A DNA stretch of 64,000 bases from an uncultured Acidobacteriota bacterium. Its GTDB lineage: Bacteria > Acidobacteriota > Terriglobia > UBA7540. The position numbers and the translations under genes are program-made. This document shows positions 9,460 through 18,145 of the stretch, piece after piece (the stretch's first letter is position 1; every line of letters starts with the position of its first letter). A model generated the notes under the pieces. The model was not told where the DNA came from, did no database searches, and was given only the letters and a program-made list of their open reading frames with translations. Location of the stretch: the NCBI GenBank assembly GCA_963804995.1, contig CAWDSK010000003.1, forward strand, positions 544,001 through 608,000, given 5' to 3'.

Positions 9460-10248
9460 TTAAGTGTGGCAGTAAGTGCACATACCGCCGCTAGCCGCAT
9501 AAGTGAAAAAGAACTGCCGGGCAAAGGGCATAGTACTGCCGTTCCCTACTGACGCCCCATTGTGCGGGTCATGGCAAGTCGTGCATTCCAACATGTAATT
9601 GCCGCCGTAAAGGGGTACTGCTCCGGCCCCGTCAACCGAATTAGCGTTGGCCGGAGTTTTCATCGCGGCCGCATTCGCCAGGTTAGTGGTATATTGGAAG
9701 TGGACAGGGTGCTGCTTGGTCAGGTCCTTAATCTCAAGTCCGTTATACGGAAACATCTTGGTGGTATAACCCAACGCCACCCCTGGAAGCCCGCCTACGT
9801 TCTCATAAAAGCTATTCATTGCGACCGTACCATCGTGGCAGCTCAGACACAGGTTGCTGGTCGTCGCCGAAGTGACGGAGTTGCTAGCCCCGAGGTCAGT
9901 GGGTGGGGCGGCGGTGGCCGCAGCCAGCACAGCGGTGAACGAGTCGCTGCTATAAACGCCGTAGGTTGGTGTGGAGGAGAGAGTTTTGTTCCAGAGTAAA
10001 TAACCCGGCGCCGAGGAAGCGACATCCGCGGTCTTGTGTGCGATGTGGCAAAAATAGCAAAGATTGGTCGTGACCGGCGCAGTTACACCGCCTTTGGTAT
10101 AGGTAGCTATAGTTCCAGTGTGTGCGGTCCAGGTCAAATCGTGCGCTGAATGGACGATGCCTGCTTTTGTAGCCTGCTGGGCCCAGGCCGTTGCGGTCAG
10201 AGCCCCCAGCACAAGCATCGCCAGGAGAAGTCTTTTAAGAATTACCAT
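9460..10248 (-). CDS. OmcE-like tetraheme c-type cytochrome (copy 1), candidate nanowire subunit
   Basis: Paralog of 8554-9327: IVHSAHDL, CYFCHIAH, LLWN, YSS, SNLCLSCHDG, DLTKQHPVHF, VPLY, ECTTCHDPH and CTYCHT; GAGAGG RBS before ATG 10248. Confidence 0.85.
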   Translation of the reverse strand: MVILKRLLLAMLVLGALTATAWAQQATKAGIVHSAHDLTWTAHTGTIATYTKGGVTAPVTTNLCYFCHIAHKTADVASSAPGYLLWNKTLSSTPTYGVYSSDSFTAVLAAATAAPPTDLGASNSVTSATTSNLCLSCHDGTVAMNSFYENVGGLPGVALGYTTKMFPYNGLEIKDLTKQHPVHFQYTTNLANAAAMKTPANANSVDGAGAVPLYGGNYMLECTTCHDPHNGASVGNGSTMPFARQFFFTYAASGGMCTYCHT

Positions 10249-10329
10249 AATCACCTCTCAACAAAATTTCCTTCGTGAAGCTGGTGAATGTTTCTCTGTA
10301 CTTGCGGAAAAGCTTTCTCACCTCCTTTC

Positions 10330-11436
10330 TCATGGCTTTCGCGGCGAGCCCGGATGGTCGCCGCCCAGGAACTGAAAAATTTGCACGCGGGAATTGAGCG
10401 CATCCGCGACGTAAACGCGGTCCTGCCTGTCAATGGAGATTCCCAGGGGCAGGTTAAAGCCACCCGGCGCCTTGCCGAAATTGCCCACGAACATCAGGAC
10501 CGTTCCTTTGGGATCGAAGATCTGGACGTTGTTGAAGGCGGCGTCCACCACCCAGATGTTGCCTTCACTGTCGAACGCCACGCCCTTGGGCCGCGTAAAG
10601 TAGCCAGGCCGATCGCCACGCCCGCCAAAGCGCCGCACAAATTTGAAGTCGGGGGAGAAAATCTGGACGGAGCAGCTTCCCGTATCGGTCACCGCAATGT
10701 AGCCGTCCCGGTTCACCCCCACTCCGATCGGATAGTTGAATTCCCCGTTTTTAGTGCCCCGCTTACCTACCGTGGCGATGTTTTGCAGCGTTTCCATGTT
10801 GTAGACCAGGACCTGATGGAGGTGGCTATCCACCACAAAAAGCCTGCGCCGGTTTTCATCCAGCGCCAGCAGCGCAGGGTTCTGGAGCGCCGGGGTCTGC
10901 CCGATCATGGCTTGCAAGTGGCCATCGCGGTCGAACTTCAGGACGCTGTGCAGCGACGGGTCGGAAACGTAGATATTGTCGTGGCTGTCCACGGCCAGGC
11001 CGAGGGGCATCTTGAGCACAATTCCCCGGTCACCTTTGATTCGGATGACTTGGTGATGATCCTTGTCCAGCACATAAAGTGTGGCGCTCTGGGCCGAGGT
11101 GAGCAAAATTCGTCCCTTGGAATCACTGGCCACGTCGGAGGCCCGCTTGAAGAACTCGACTCTGTTGGGGTCGGGATTGCCCACCATGCGATCCACCATA
11201 CTGAGCTTCTTGCGCGGCTCGATGTCGAAGTTGTTGGAAAACATCTCGAGGAACCGGACGCGCGGCTTGTCGGGAGACAGAGGCCAAACCATGGTGGGCT
11301 GGTCAGACGCGGAATAGCCAGGCGGCGCCTTTTCTTTGCCTCCCCCTCCCGCCACCCCCGGCGCGCCCCAAAGCATTACCAGGACGGCGGCCAAAACTAG
11401 GCCGGTTCCATTTAACTTCGGCAGGCTGACTCTCAT
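10330..11436 (-). CDS. Exported NHL-repeat beta-propeller protein
   Basis: Signal peptide, VWPLSPDKPRVRF N-terminal motif and NHL repeats (FNYPIGVGV, FTRPKGVAFD, FNLPLGISID); overlaps the stop of the upstream cytochrome (ATGA). Confidence 0.92.
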   Translation of the reverse strand: MRVSLPKLNGTGLVLAAVLVMLWGAPGVAGGGGKEKAPPGYSASDQPTMVWPLSPDKPRVRFLEMFSNNFDIEPRKKLSMVDRMVGNPDPNRVEFFKRASDVASDSKGRILLTSAQSATLYVLDKDHHQVIRIKGDRGIVLKMPLGLAVDSHDNIYVSDPSLHSVLKFDRDGHLQAMIGQTPALQNPALLALDENRRRLFVVDSHLHQVLVYNMETLQNIATVGKRGTKNGEFNYPIGVGVNRDGYIAVTDTGSCSVQIFSPDFKFVRRFGGRGDRPGYFTRPKGVAFDSEGNIWVVDAAFNNVQIFDPKGTVLMFVGNFGKAPGGFNLPLGISIDRQDRVYVADALNSRVQIFQFLGGDHPGSPRKP

Positions 11437-12347
11437 GGGTTCACCTTCTCTCCAGGCTTCGCCGGGGTATCCGGCATCTTCTTGGTTTGCTGCCCCGTTG
11501 GCGGCGCTTGGCTCTTGTTTTTGGCTGCCTTTTGCTCATCGATTATTTGGTGGCAGGTGGTGCAAACGTCCCGACCGCCCTTCACCGAAACAATGAGGTT
11601 TTCGTCCCCCGAGGCATGATGAGCATGGCAACTCAGGCACGACATTTTTTCTCCCGCGCGCAACAGGTCCGGTACCACGGCAACCGGATGGGTCACCCAG
11701 GGATGTCCGAAGCGCTGCGTGGGGTCAAGATCGATTTTCGGAATGGCGTCAAAATCGGCCTTCGAGATTTTCTGTGAGCCGAAAAGGGTTACCGTCTCGG
11801 CCGGGGCTTGGACATCGGCGTGGCAGGCGAGGCAGAGTGCATTTCCCGCCGCCCGTGTCTGTGCCTTGAATTCCGAGGAATGTGGATCGTGGCAAGTCAG
11901 GCACTGGCCACTCTTAAAGGGGCCGTGCAGCACAGGGTCCTTGGGGGCCTCATGGCACATCACGCAAAGATCGCCCCCGGTGGCGACCAAAGTGATGGTT
12001 GTCTTGTTTTTTTCTGACGTGGTTTGGTGGCAGTTCTCACACCCCATCCCCACTGCCGTGTGTACGAATTTCCCCTGGTTTTTGTCGGGATGGCACTGGA
12101 GGCAGGTCTCGCTTTTCAGGCCCTTGGTTTCAACAAAGGGATGCTCCGTGGAGTCGGCAGCAGAAAGTTTGCTAATCCTCAAAACCAAAACTGCCGATAT
12201 AACGAGAAGGAGTAAAAGTCCGCGTAGGGGCCCAACCGCTAACCGAATTCTAATAGAATTACCCGCTTGTCCCATTGTCCCAAGACCTGCTGTGCGTGGC
12301 ATAGAGAGCAAGGGATTCGCCAAAGGCGTGAATATTTTGTCTGCCAA
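11433..12347 (-). CDS. Heptaheme c-type cytochrome (cytochrome c3-like, doubled CXXCH), membrane-anchored or periplasmic; start uncertain
   Basis: CLQCH, CENCH, CVMCH, CLTCHDPH, CLACH, CLSCH and CTTCH; N-terminal hydrophobic helix. Confidence 0.9.
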   Translation of the reverse strand: MADKIFTPLANPLLSMPRTAGLGTMGQAGNSIRIRLAVGPLRGLLLLLVISAVLVLRISKLSAADSTEHPFVETKGLKSETCLQCHPDKNQGKFVHTAVGMGCENCHQTTSEKNKTTITLVATGGDLCVMCHEAPKDPVLHGPFKSGQCLTCHDPHSSEFKAQTRAAGNALCLACHADVQAPAETVTLFGSQKISKADFDAIPKIDLDPTQRFGHPWVTHPVAVVPDLLRAGEKMSCLSCHAHHASGDENLIVSVKGGRDVCTTCHQIIDEQKAAKNKSQAPPTGQQTKKMPDTPAKPGEKVNP

Positions 12348-12754
12348 TGTCGTTAGAAACCGTTAAGATTCTATACTTTCCAGTTGGGTACAATTTGGCA
12401 TCTGTAGAAGTGTGGTGTTTTGCAGCATAGTGCGTTAATTTGCACAATAGTTCGTATTCTAATGGGGTTACTCACGTATATGGGTTGGCATTGAAGTTAT
12501 GTGACGTGTTGTTACATCGATAGCTGGGGATTTGCCCTTTATCCACCTTCGCTTCTGCCCTAAGAGGGGCTCCCCTTCTCGTAAGTGCGCTGGGATGTGA
12601 ACTGACGGGGATATGGAAGGCGCAGACCCCGAAGGTTCTTGCCCATAGCTACAGTAAGTCCAGGAGCAGCGGGGTCAATCAAGCAACTTTTCGAATCGCG
12701 CCATCAAACCCTATGGTACAATCGCGTTGGAAATCTGGTTCGCAGTCACGTCGT

Positions 12755-12841
12755 GCGGAAGTGGCGGAACTGGCAGACGCACCAGCTTGAGGGGCTGACG
12801 CTCGCAAGAGCGTGGGGGTTCGAATCCCCCCTTCCGCACCA
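12755..12841 (+). tRNA. tRNA-Leu(GAG)
   Basis: GCGGAAG/CTTCCGC acceptor stem plus ACCA; D-arm TGGCGGAACTGGCAGACGC; anticodon loop TTGAGGG; long variable arm; GGTTCGAATCC T-arm. Confidence 0.97.
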
Positions 12842-12851
12842 TACCCAGCCT

Positions 12852-14201
12852 TCAGAGGGCGCGGAGCCAGGCAAGCATCGCGTCAGCCTTGGCGGCAGGC
12901 ACGCCTTCTGCCCACAAGCAATCACTGTCCTTCCGTAGCAGAACGGTCACGCCGTTCGCCGCCGAACCGACAAACAGGTCCGTGGTCGAGCGCTTGTCTG
13001 TCGCGAGATCCGGGTACTTGTGCCCCAGTATCGTGTGGTAGTCACGGAAAAACGCCAAGGCGGTTTCCGGGCTTGTCCAGCGCGTGCGCGCCACCAGAGT
13101 ATATTCACCCCCGCTGGAATGCTCATAGAGCAGGTAGCGATCAGCGAGCCAGGCGTGGCTAAGGTTCTTCGCTTCATCTTCGGAAATGAGTTGGCCGAGA
13201 AACGCATAATAGCCGAGTTCGCCCATCGTATTCTCGGCAAGGAAATTGAGGCCTGCCACTCCGTCCAGCGCCGCCGGATGGGCCAGCGCCAAGGTGGGTA
13301 GAGCCTGATGGTCAAAGTAGGCGCCAGGCTCAAAGATTTGTTTGGTGACAGTCGGAGGGTTATCAAATACCGCGTTGAGACCTTTCCATCCGCCCCGCTG
13401 GATGGCGCCTTGCGCGAAGCCCATGCCTTGCATATACGGGAACAGGGCCTGCATGCGGAAGAAATAGGGCGCGCTCAAGAAGGTGGGGTACTCTTCGAAC
13501 TGCTGGTGGATGACCATCTCCATCAGCGGCCCTAAGGAAGGCAATTCCGCCAGACTCAGCGGTGCCGTCATTTGTTGGATCATGGCCGCCGTGGCGTAGC
13601 CCTCCACCAGGGCCTGGCGAGCGTTCGAGGCGTCGTCATTGTCGCGAACCGCATGCAGGAATCTATCCAGATCCCAGTTCTGATCCTGCAGGGCGTGCGT
13701 GAGTTCATGCGAAAGCACCATGGTTTGGGTTTCCGCCGGGATCCAATCGGCGATGAACATGGTCTTTTCCTTGGGGTCATAGAAGCCCGCGGCCTGCTCC
13801 GTGTAAAAGCTGATCAGAAACTTCTGCAGGTTGAAGTCCCGTGACACCAGGCCAAAGGCGCGCAACTGTGCCTCCTGCGCGTGGACTTCGGCGGGCGTCA
13901 TCTCCGTGTGCAGATTCTCGGTCAGGTATTTCTGGATTTCCGCGCGGCTGACCACTTGTTTCTTCAGCGGCCCTTTGATGGGCAGGCCGGTGATCTCACT
14001 CATCTGGTGAAGAACCTGGTCGGCCTGCGACAGCAGGTCCTGGGCCGGCGCCTGCTGCCCATACGCAATGGCCGCCGGGGCGCCCAGCAAGCTGACGGCT
14101 ATCAGCAGCCGCAGGAATTGGAATCCATACCGTTTAATCGGCTTCAAGATATGCATGGTGTCGAACGTCCCGTCTGTAAGGCTAGAAGCAAGAGTGTTCA
14201 C
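12852..14201 (-). CDS. Exported protein with HExxH zinc-metalloprotease motif; true start probably downstream of 14201
   Basis: Signal peptide; AGFYDP, LSHELTHALQDQ, ALVEGYAT and FPY motifs. Confidence 0.75.
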   Translation of the reverse strand: MNTLASSLTDGTFDTMHILKPIKRYGFQFLRLLIAVSLLGAPAAIAYGQQAPAQDLLSQADQVLHQMSEITGLPIKGPLKKQVVSRAEIQKYLTENLHTEMTPAEVHAQEAQLRAFGLVSRDFNLQKFLISFYTEQAAGFYDPKEKTMFIADWIPAETQTMVLSHELTHALQDQNWDLDRFLHAVRDNDDASNARQALVEGYATAAMIQQMTAPLSLAELPSLGPLMEMVIHQQFEEYPTFLSAPYFFRMQALFPYMQGMGFAQGAIQRGGWKGLNAVFDNPPTVTKQIFEPGAYFDHQALPTLALAHPAALDGVAGLNFLAENTMGELGYYAFLGQLISEDEAKNLSHAWLADRYLLYEHSSGGEYTLVARTRWTSPETALAFFRDYHTILGHKYPDLATDKRSTTDLFVGSAANGVTVLLRKDSDCLWAEGVPAAKADAMLAWLRAL

Positions 14202-14299
14202 TTCATGGGTTTCAGGGAATCACTTGTTCCTGGGTAAGCAGAGAACCGTTTCGTTGACCGTGTCTAAGCAAACCACCTGCTCCCCCACCCGCGTCCAGT

Positions 14300-14328
14300 T
14301 TGACCCGCCCCTTTATCGAGACTATCAT
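14300..14328 (+). promoter_or_regulatory. sigma70 promoter of rnpB
   Basis: TTGACC-17 nt-TATCAT, 7 nt before the RNA's P1. Confidence 0.8.
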
Positions 14329-14335
14329 AAATCCT

Positions 14336-14797
14336 GCGTGAGCAAGCCGGGTGATCGCTGCTTCGCCTTAGCGCCCCGCTCCTCGGGGCTGGCAGGGGCG
14401 AGGGAGAGGAAAGTCCGAACTCCGCAGGGCAGTGTGCTCGCTAACGGCGAGGGCCGGAGGAGGATGTTCGAGAAATCGGACCGTACGCCTCTGGTACGGA
14501 AAGTGCCACAGAAAATATACCGCCGTGTTCTCGCCTTCGGGCTGCAGGATGCGGTAAGGGTGAAAAGGTGCGGTCCCGGTTGCCGGGAATTAAAGTAAGA
14601 GCGCACCGCCTCGGTGGTGACATCGAGGGCAGGGTAAACCCCACACGGAGCAAGACCAAATAGGAGGGGAGGGGCGGCCCGTTCCGTTACAACCCTCGGG
14701 TAGGTCGCTGGACCCCACGAGCAATCGAGGGGCTAGAGGAATGATCGCCACCCCGATTTGTCGGGGAACAGAATTCGGCTTACAGGCTTGCTCGCGC
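14336..14797 (+). ncRNA. rnpB: RNase P RNA, bacterial type A
   Basis: GAGGAAAGTCC, AGTGCCACAGAAA, GGGTGAAA..GGTGCGG..TAAGAGCGCACC, GGTAAACCCC..GGAGCAAG and AACAGAATTCGGCTTA; P1 GAGCAAGC/GCTTGCTC. Confidence 0.97.
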
Positions 14798-14996
14798 TCT
14801 CTCCTTGATTTCCTTGGCGACACCATCTAGAGCCGCCGCGTCCCCTACATGGGGTATACTCTCCACCGGCGAGAGCCGAAAAGTTAATTCCGGATAACAT
14901 TGGGAACTTCGAAGTCGCAGCGCCTTCGCTCCGCGGATCATGCATTTGCATTCTTCTTCCAGGGGTTCCCTTAAGCGATCGCAGGGGGTACGCACC

Positions 14997-16430
14997 ATGC
15001 GCAACTCATTGGCAAGTTTCGAGAACGTGAGAAAGTCCGCATTTCTCCTGCTGGCGACGGCTGTTACCATCGCGGCGCAGCTCGTGGCGGCCGACCGATC
15101 CGTCCAATATCCCTTGAAGGTCAGTTCCAATCATCGGTACCTTGTTGACCAGAAGGGCCAGCCCTACCTCATTCAGGGCGACGCCCCGTGGTCACTGATT
15201 GTGGGAGCCAGCAACGACGAGGTGGAGCGGTATCTTGCGGATCGCCACGCCAAGGGCTTCAACACCCTGTTAATTAACCTCATCGAACACAAGTTCTGCA
15301 CCAGCCCGCCGAAAAATAAGGATGGCGTAGCTCCCTTCACCGTGCCGGCAGATTTCTCCACTCCCAACGAAAAGTACTTCGTGCATGCCGACTGGGTCAT
15401 CAAAAGGGCAGGCGAGTATGGCATGCAAGTCTTACTGGCTCCGTTGTACTTGGGAGCGAAAGGAACGGACGAGGGATTCTATGAGGAGACACTCGCCAAT
15501 GGTCCGGAGAAATGCCGAATTTACGGCGAGTATCTGGGAAAGCGTTACTCGCATTTTGACAACATCATCTGGGTGATGGGTGGCGATCGTGATCCCGACC
15601 GGGCTTGGGACGACGTGAACGCCCTCGCCGCCGGGATCAAGCGTTTTGACCCGCGCCATATCTTCACAGCGCATTGCCAGTCGGAACACTCCGCTGTGGA
15701 AGATTATGGACAAACCGCGTGGCTGGACCTCAACAGCACGTACACCTACGCACTCATCCATCCCAAATTGCTGGATGATTACCATCGCAAGCCAGTCCGT
15801 CCCTTCTTTCTGATCGAGACGACATACGAGGGAGAGCATAATTCCACGCCGGTGCAAATCAGACGGCAGGCTTATTGGGCCGATCTTTCCGGGTCCACCG
15901 GCCAGGTCATGGGAAATTGTCCCGTATGGGGCTTTGATTATTACGCGGACTGGGAAAAGGGAGACGAAACGATTCACAATGGCACGCTGTACCAATTCCG
16001 CAACTTCGATATCCTTCCCGGGTTGAAGCGCGGCCTCGATAGCACCGCTTCGCGCGAGATGGCCGTGCTTTCTCAGGTGTTTCGGTCGCGGCCGTGGTAC
16101 GCGCTGATTCCTGACGAGGCGCACTCCGTCCTGACCGCAGGACTGGGCGAATTCCGTGGGCTCGATCACGTTATGGCGGCGCGGGCGGACGATGGGAGTA
16201 CAGTCATCGCGTACACGCCCACCGCGCGCACGGTTACTGTCGATATGACGAAAATCTCTGGAACCGAAGCCAAGGTGTGGTGGGTGGACCCGCAGAGTGG
16301 ACAGGCAAGGAGCGCCGGCACTTTCCCCACTCGCGGAGCGCATGAATTTACGCCGCCGCAAGCGGGCGATTGGGTCCTGGTACTTGACGATGCTGCGAAG
16401 CAATTCTCAATTCCAGGGAAATCCAACTGA
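14997..16430 (+). CDS. Exported DUF4038 (GH140/apiosidase-like) glycoside hydrolase with C-terminal collagen-binding-like domain
   Basis: LKVSSNHRYLVDQKGQP..GDAPW, YLADRHAKGFN, NIIWVMGGD, PFFLIETTYE, IRRQAYW and C-terminal WWVDP...FTPP..GDWVLVL. Confidence 0.8.
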   Translation: MRNSLASFENVRKSAFLLLATAVTIAAQLVAADRSVQYPLKVSSNHRYLVDQKGQPYLIQGDAPWSLIVGASNDEVERYLADRHAKGFNTLLINLIEHKFCTSPPKNKDGVAPFTVPADFSTPNEKYFVHADWVIKRAGEYGMQVLLAPLYLGAKGTDEGFYEETLANGPEKCRIYGEYLGKRYSHFDNIIWVMGGDRDPDRAWDDVNALAAGIKRFDPRHIFTAHCQSEHSAVEDYGQTAWLDLNSTYTYALIHPKLLDDYHRKPVRPFFLIETTYEGEHNSTPVQIRRQAYWADLSGSTGQVMGNCPVWGFDYYADWEKGDETIHNGTLYQFRNFDILPGLKRGLDSTASREMAVLSQVFRSRPWYALIPDEAHSVLTAGLGEFRGLDHVMAARADDGSTVIAYTPTARTVTVDMTKISGTEAKVWWVDPQSGQARSAGTFPTRGAHEFTPPQAGDWVLVLDDAAKQFSIPGKSN

Positions 16431-16475
16431 CCTTTTGGGAAATTCCATATTTCAAATTGACGTGGGCCCCCAAAC

Positions 16476-16979
16476 ATGACCTACCACCGATTTGAGGACC
16501 TTCCTGTCTGGCAAGCGGGCTTGGAACTGGCCCGGCGAGTGTATCAGCTTACCGCTGGCCCGCCCTTCCGCCGGAATCGCAGCCTGCGCGACCAAATCGA
16601 GCGGGCGGCCGTCTCCGTCTCGAATAATATCGCCGAGGGTTTCGAGCGGGGTACGACGCAGGAGTTGCTGACCTTTCTCTACATTGCCCGCGGCTCGGGA
16701 GGAGAAATCCGCTCCATGCTCTGTCTGCTGGCCACGCTCGAGGATTTCGCCCATCTCAAATCTGAAATTTCAAATTTGAAATCCATGGCCGAAGGCGTTT
16801 CCCGCCAGTTGCGTGCCTGGGCCGATTCCTTGCAGAATTCCCCTATCACCGGTCAGCGGTATCTCACCGAAAAGTCCCGGCGCGCCAGCAAGGCCCGCAC
16901 TGAGCGTGATGAATTCCTAAGGAGCCTTCAAGATATTCGAGAGGGAAAAACGCCAGGTAGGAATTTACCTAACACGTAA
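16476..16979 (+). CDS. Four-helix-bundle protein (23S rRNA IVS protein / Avd-like family), copy 1
   Basis: RFEDLPVWQ, LRDQIERAAVSVSNNIAEGFER and FLYIARGSGGE. Confidence 0.92.
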   Translation: MTYHRFEDLPVWQAGLELARRVYQLTAGPPFRRNRSLRDQIERAAVSVSNNIAEGFERGTTQELLTFLYIARGSGGEIRSMLCLLATLEDFAHLKSEISNLKSMAEGVSRQLRAWADSLQNSPITGQRYLTEKSRRASKARTERDEFLRSLQDIREGKTPGRNLPNT

Positions 16980-17027
16980 AGGCAGGGGGACATCTGAAAT
17001 TTCAAATGCCTCCCCGGCAGAGCCGGG

Positions 17028-17155
17028 GAAGGTGTGAAAAAATACCATTTTCACCGCTGAGTCGCTGAGACGCAGAGAAATGACCCTTTGTTTTCAAACC
17101 TCTGCGCCTCCGCGTCTCCGCGGTGAAAGGTTTGATGGGATTTTTTCACAGCTTC
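17028..17155. repeat. MITE-like palindromic element, family B
   Basis: Terminal inverted repeats GAAGGTGTGAAAAAA / TTTTTTCACAGCTTC around an internal CGCAGAG..CTCTGCG palindrome; copies at 37689-37817 and 47131-47257, and a left end only at 33265. Confidence 0.8.
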
Positions 17156-17193
17156 GGGGGGGCTCCCAACGGACCAGGGGGAGGTATACCTAC

Positions 17194-18108
17194 ATGAAAG
17201 ATACCGTAAAGTTGCTGGAAAGCACCGCCAAGTGGCTGGCCTTGTTCATGCTCGTCTTCTGCGTGGCGCTTCCAAGCTACGCCCAGTTGGGCATGTTCAC
17301 CAAGGAGCAACGCATCGACTTGACGCGCGAATGGAAGGGAGACCGCTTCGACGACGGCCGCCCCAAGGTGCCTGACTCCGTACTCGAGGGTCTGAAGGAT
17401 GTGGATGCCGAGGAAGCCTGGCGCGTGTTGCGGTCGCACGGATACAGGTTGCAGTTCGAAGGCGGGTGGCACGAGATCAATCATGGTGATCGGATGGTGG
17501 GCCGCGTATTTACCGCCGCCTTTATGCCCGAGCGGCCTGACGTGGCTGGTTTAATCAATGATAAGGGCAAGGCGGAAGGGCGCATCGGGCCTCAGAACTC
17601 CTGGCCGATTGACATGCTCTCGCCCGGCGACGTGCTGGTAGTCGACATGTTCGGAAAATTCCCGTTCGCGGGTGACAACCTTTGCACGGCGATTTTTGCC
17701 CATAGCCACAACGGGCTGGTGGTCGATGGCGGCGTGCGCGACGAAACGGGTATTTCCGAAATTAAGGGCCTGCACGTATTCGTGCGCTACGTTGACCCTG
17801 ATGTGATCCGCGACGTTACGCTGGTAGGCATCAACGTGCCCGTCCGTATCGGTCACGTGATGGTGCTGCCTGGTGATGTGGCGGTGAGTGATGTCGAGGG
17901 AATCAGCTTTATCCCTCCCCAACTCGCCCAGGAGGTGATCGATAAGGCCCAAATGACCCACGCGGTGGACCAATGGGGGCACCAGATGTTGCGCGAGGGT
18001 AGATACACGCCCGGCCAGATCGATCGCAAGTGGACAAAGTCCATGATCGAAGAGTTCAACAAGTGGCTGGAACAGAAAGGCTCGAAATTGCGGATGCCGG
18101 AAGAATAG
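17194..18108 (+). CDS. RraA/HMG-aldolase-family protein with a Sec-type signal peptide
   Basis: GDVLVVD, GDNL, VVDGGVRD, NVPVRIG...PGDVAVSDVEGISFIP; GGAGG RBS before ATG 17194. Confidence 0.85.
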   Translation: MKDTVKLLESTAKWLALFMLVFCVALPSYAQLGMFTKEQRIDLTREWKGDRFDDGRPKVPDSVLEGLKDVDAEEAWRVLRSHGYRLQFEGGWHEINHGDRMVGRVFTAAFMPERPDVAGLINDKGKAEGRIGPQNSWPIDMLSPGDVLVVDMFGKFPFAGDNLCTAIFAHSHNGLVVDGGVRDETGISEIKGLHVFVRYVDPDVIRDVTLVGINVPVRIGHVMVLPGDVAVSDVEGISFIPPQLAQEVIDKAQMTHAVDQWGHQMLREGRYTPGQIDRKWTKSMIEEFNKWLEQKGSKLRMPEE

Positions 18109-18145
18109 CCGCCCGGCAACTCATTCTTACCTTGGAGACCAAGTC

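Noticed and set aside
10288..11400. Long antisense ORFs (also 18416-19525, 28242-29486, 39033-40190, 43119-44207)
   Set aside because: Shadow frames of well-supported genes in high-GC DNA; no motifs.
12755..12841. tRNA-anchored prophage or integrative element
   Set aside because: No integrase and no duplicated tRNA 3' end seen in the window.
14068..14826. ORFs overlapping rnpB
   Set aside because: The region is explained by the RNase P RNA and its promoter.
16476..16979. 23S rRNA intervening sequence
   Set aside because: No rRNA sequence flanks the four-helix-bundle genes.
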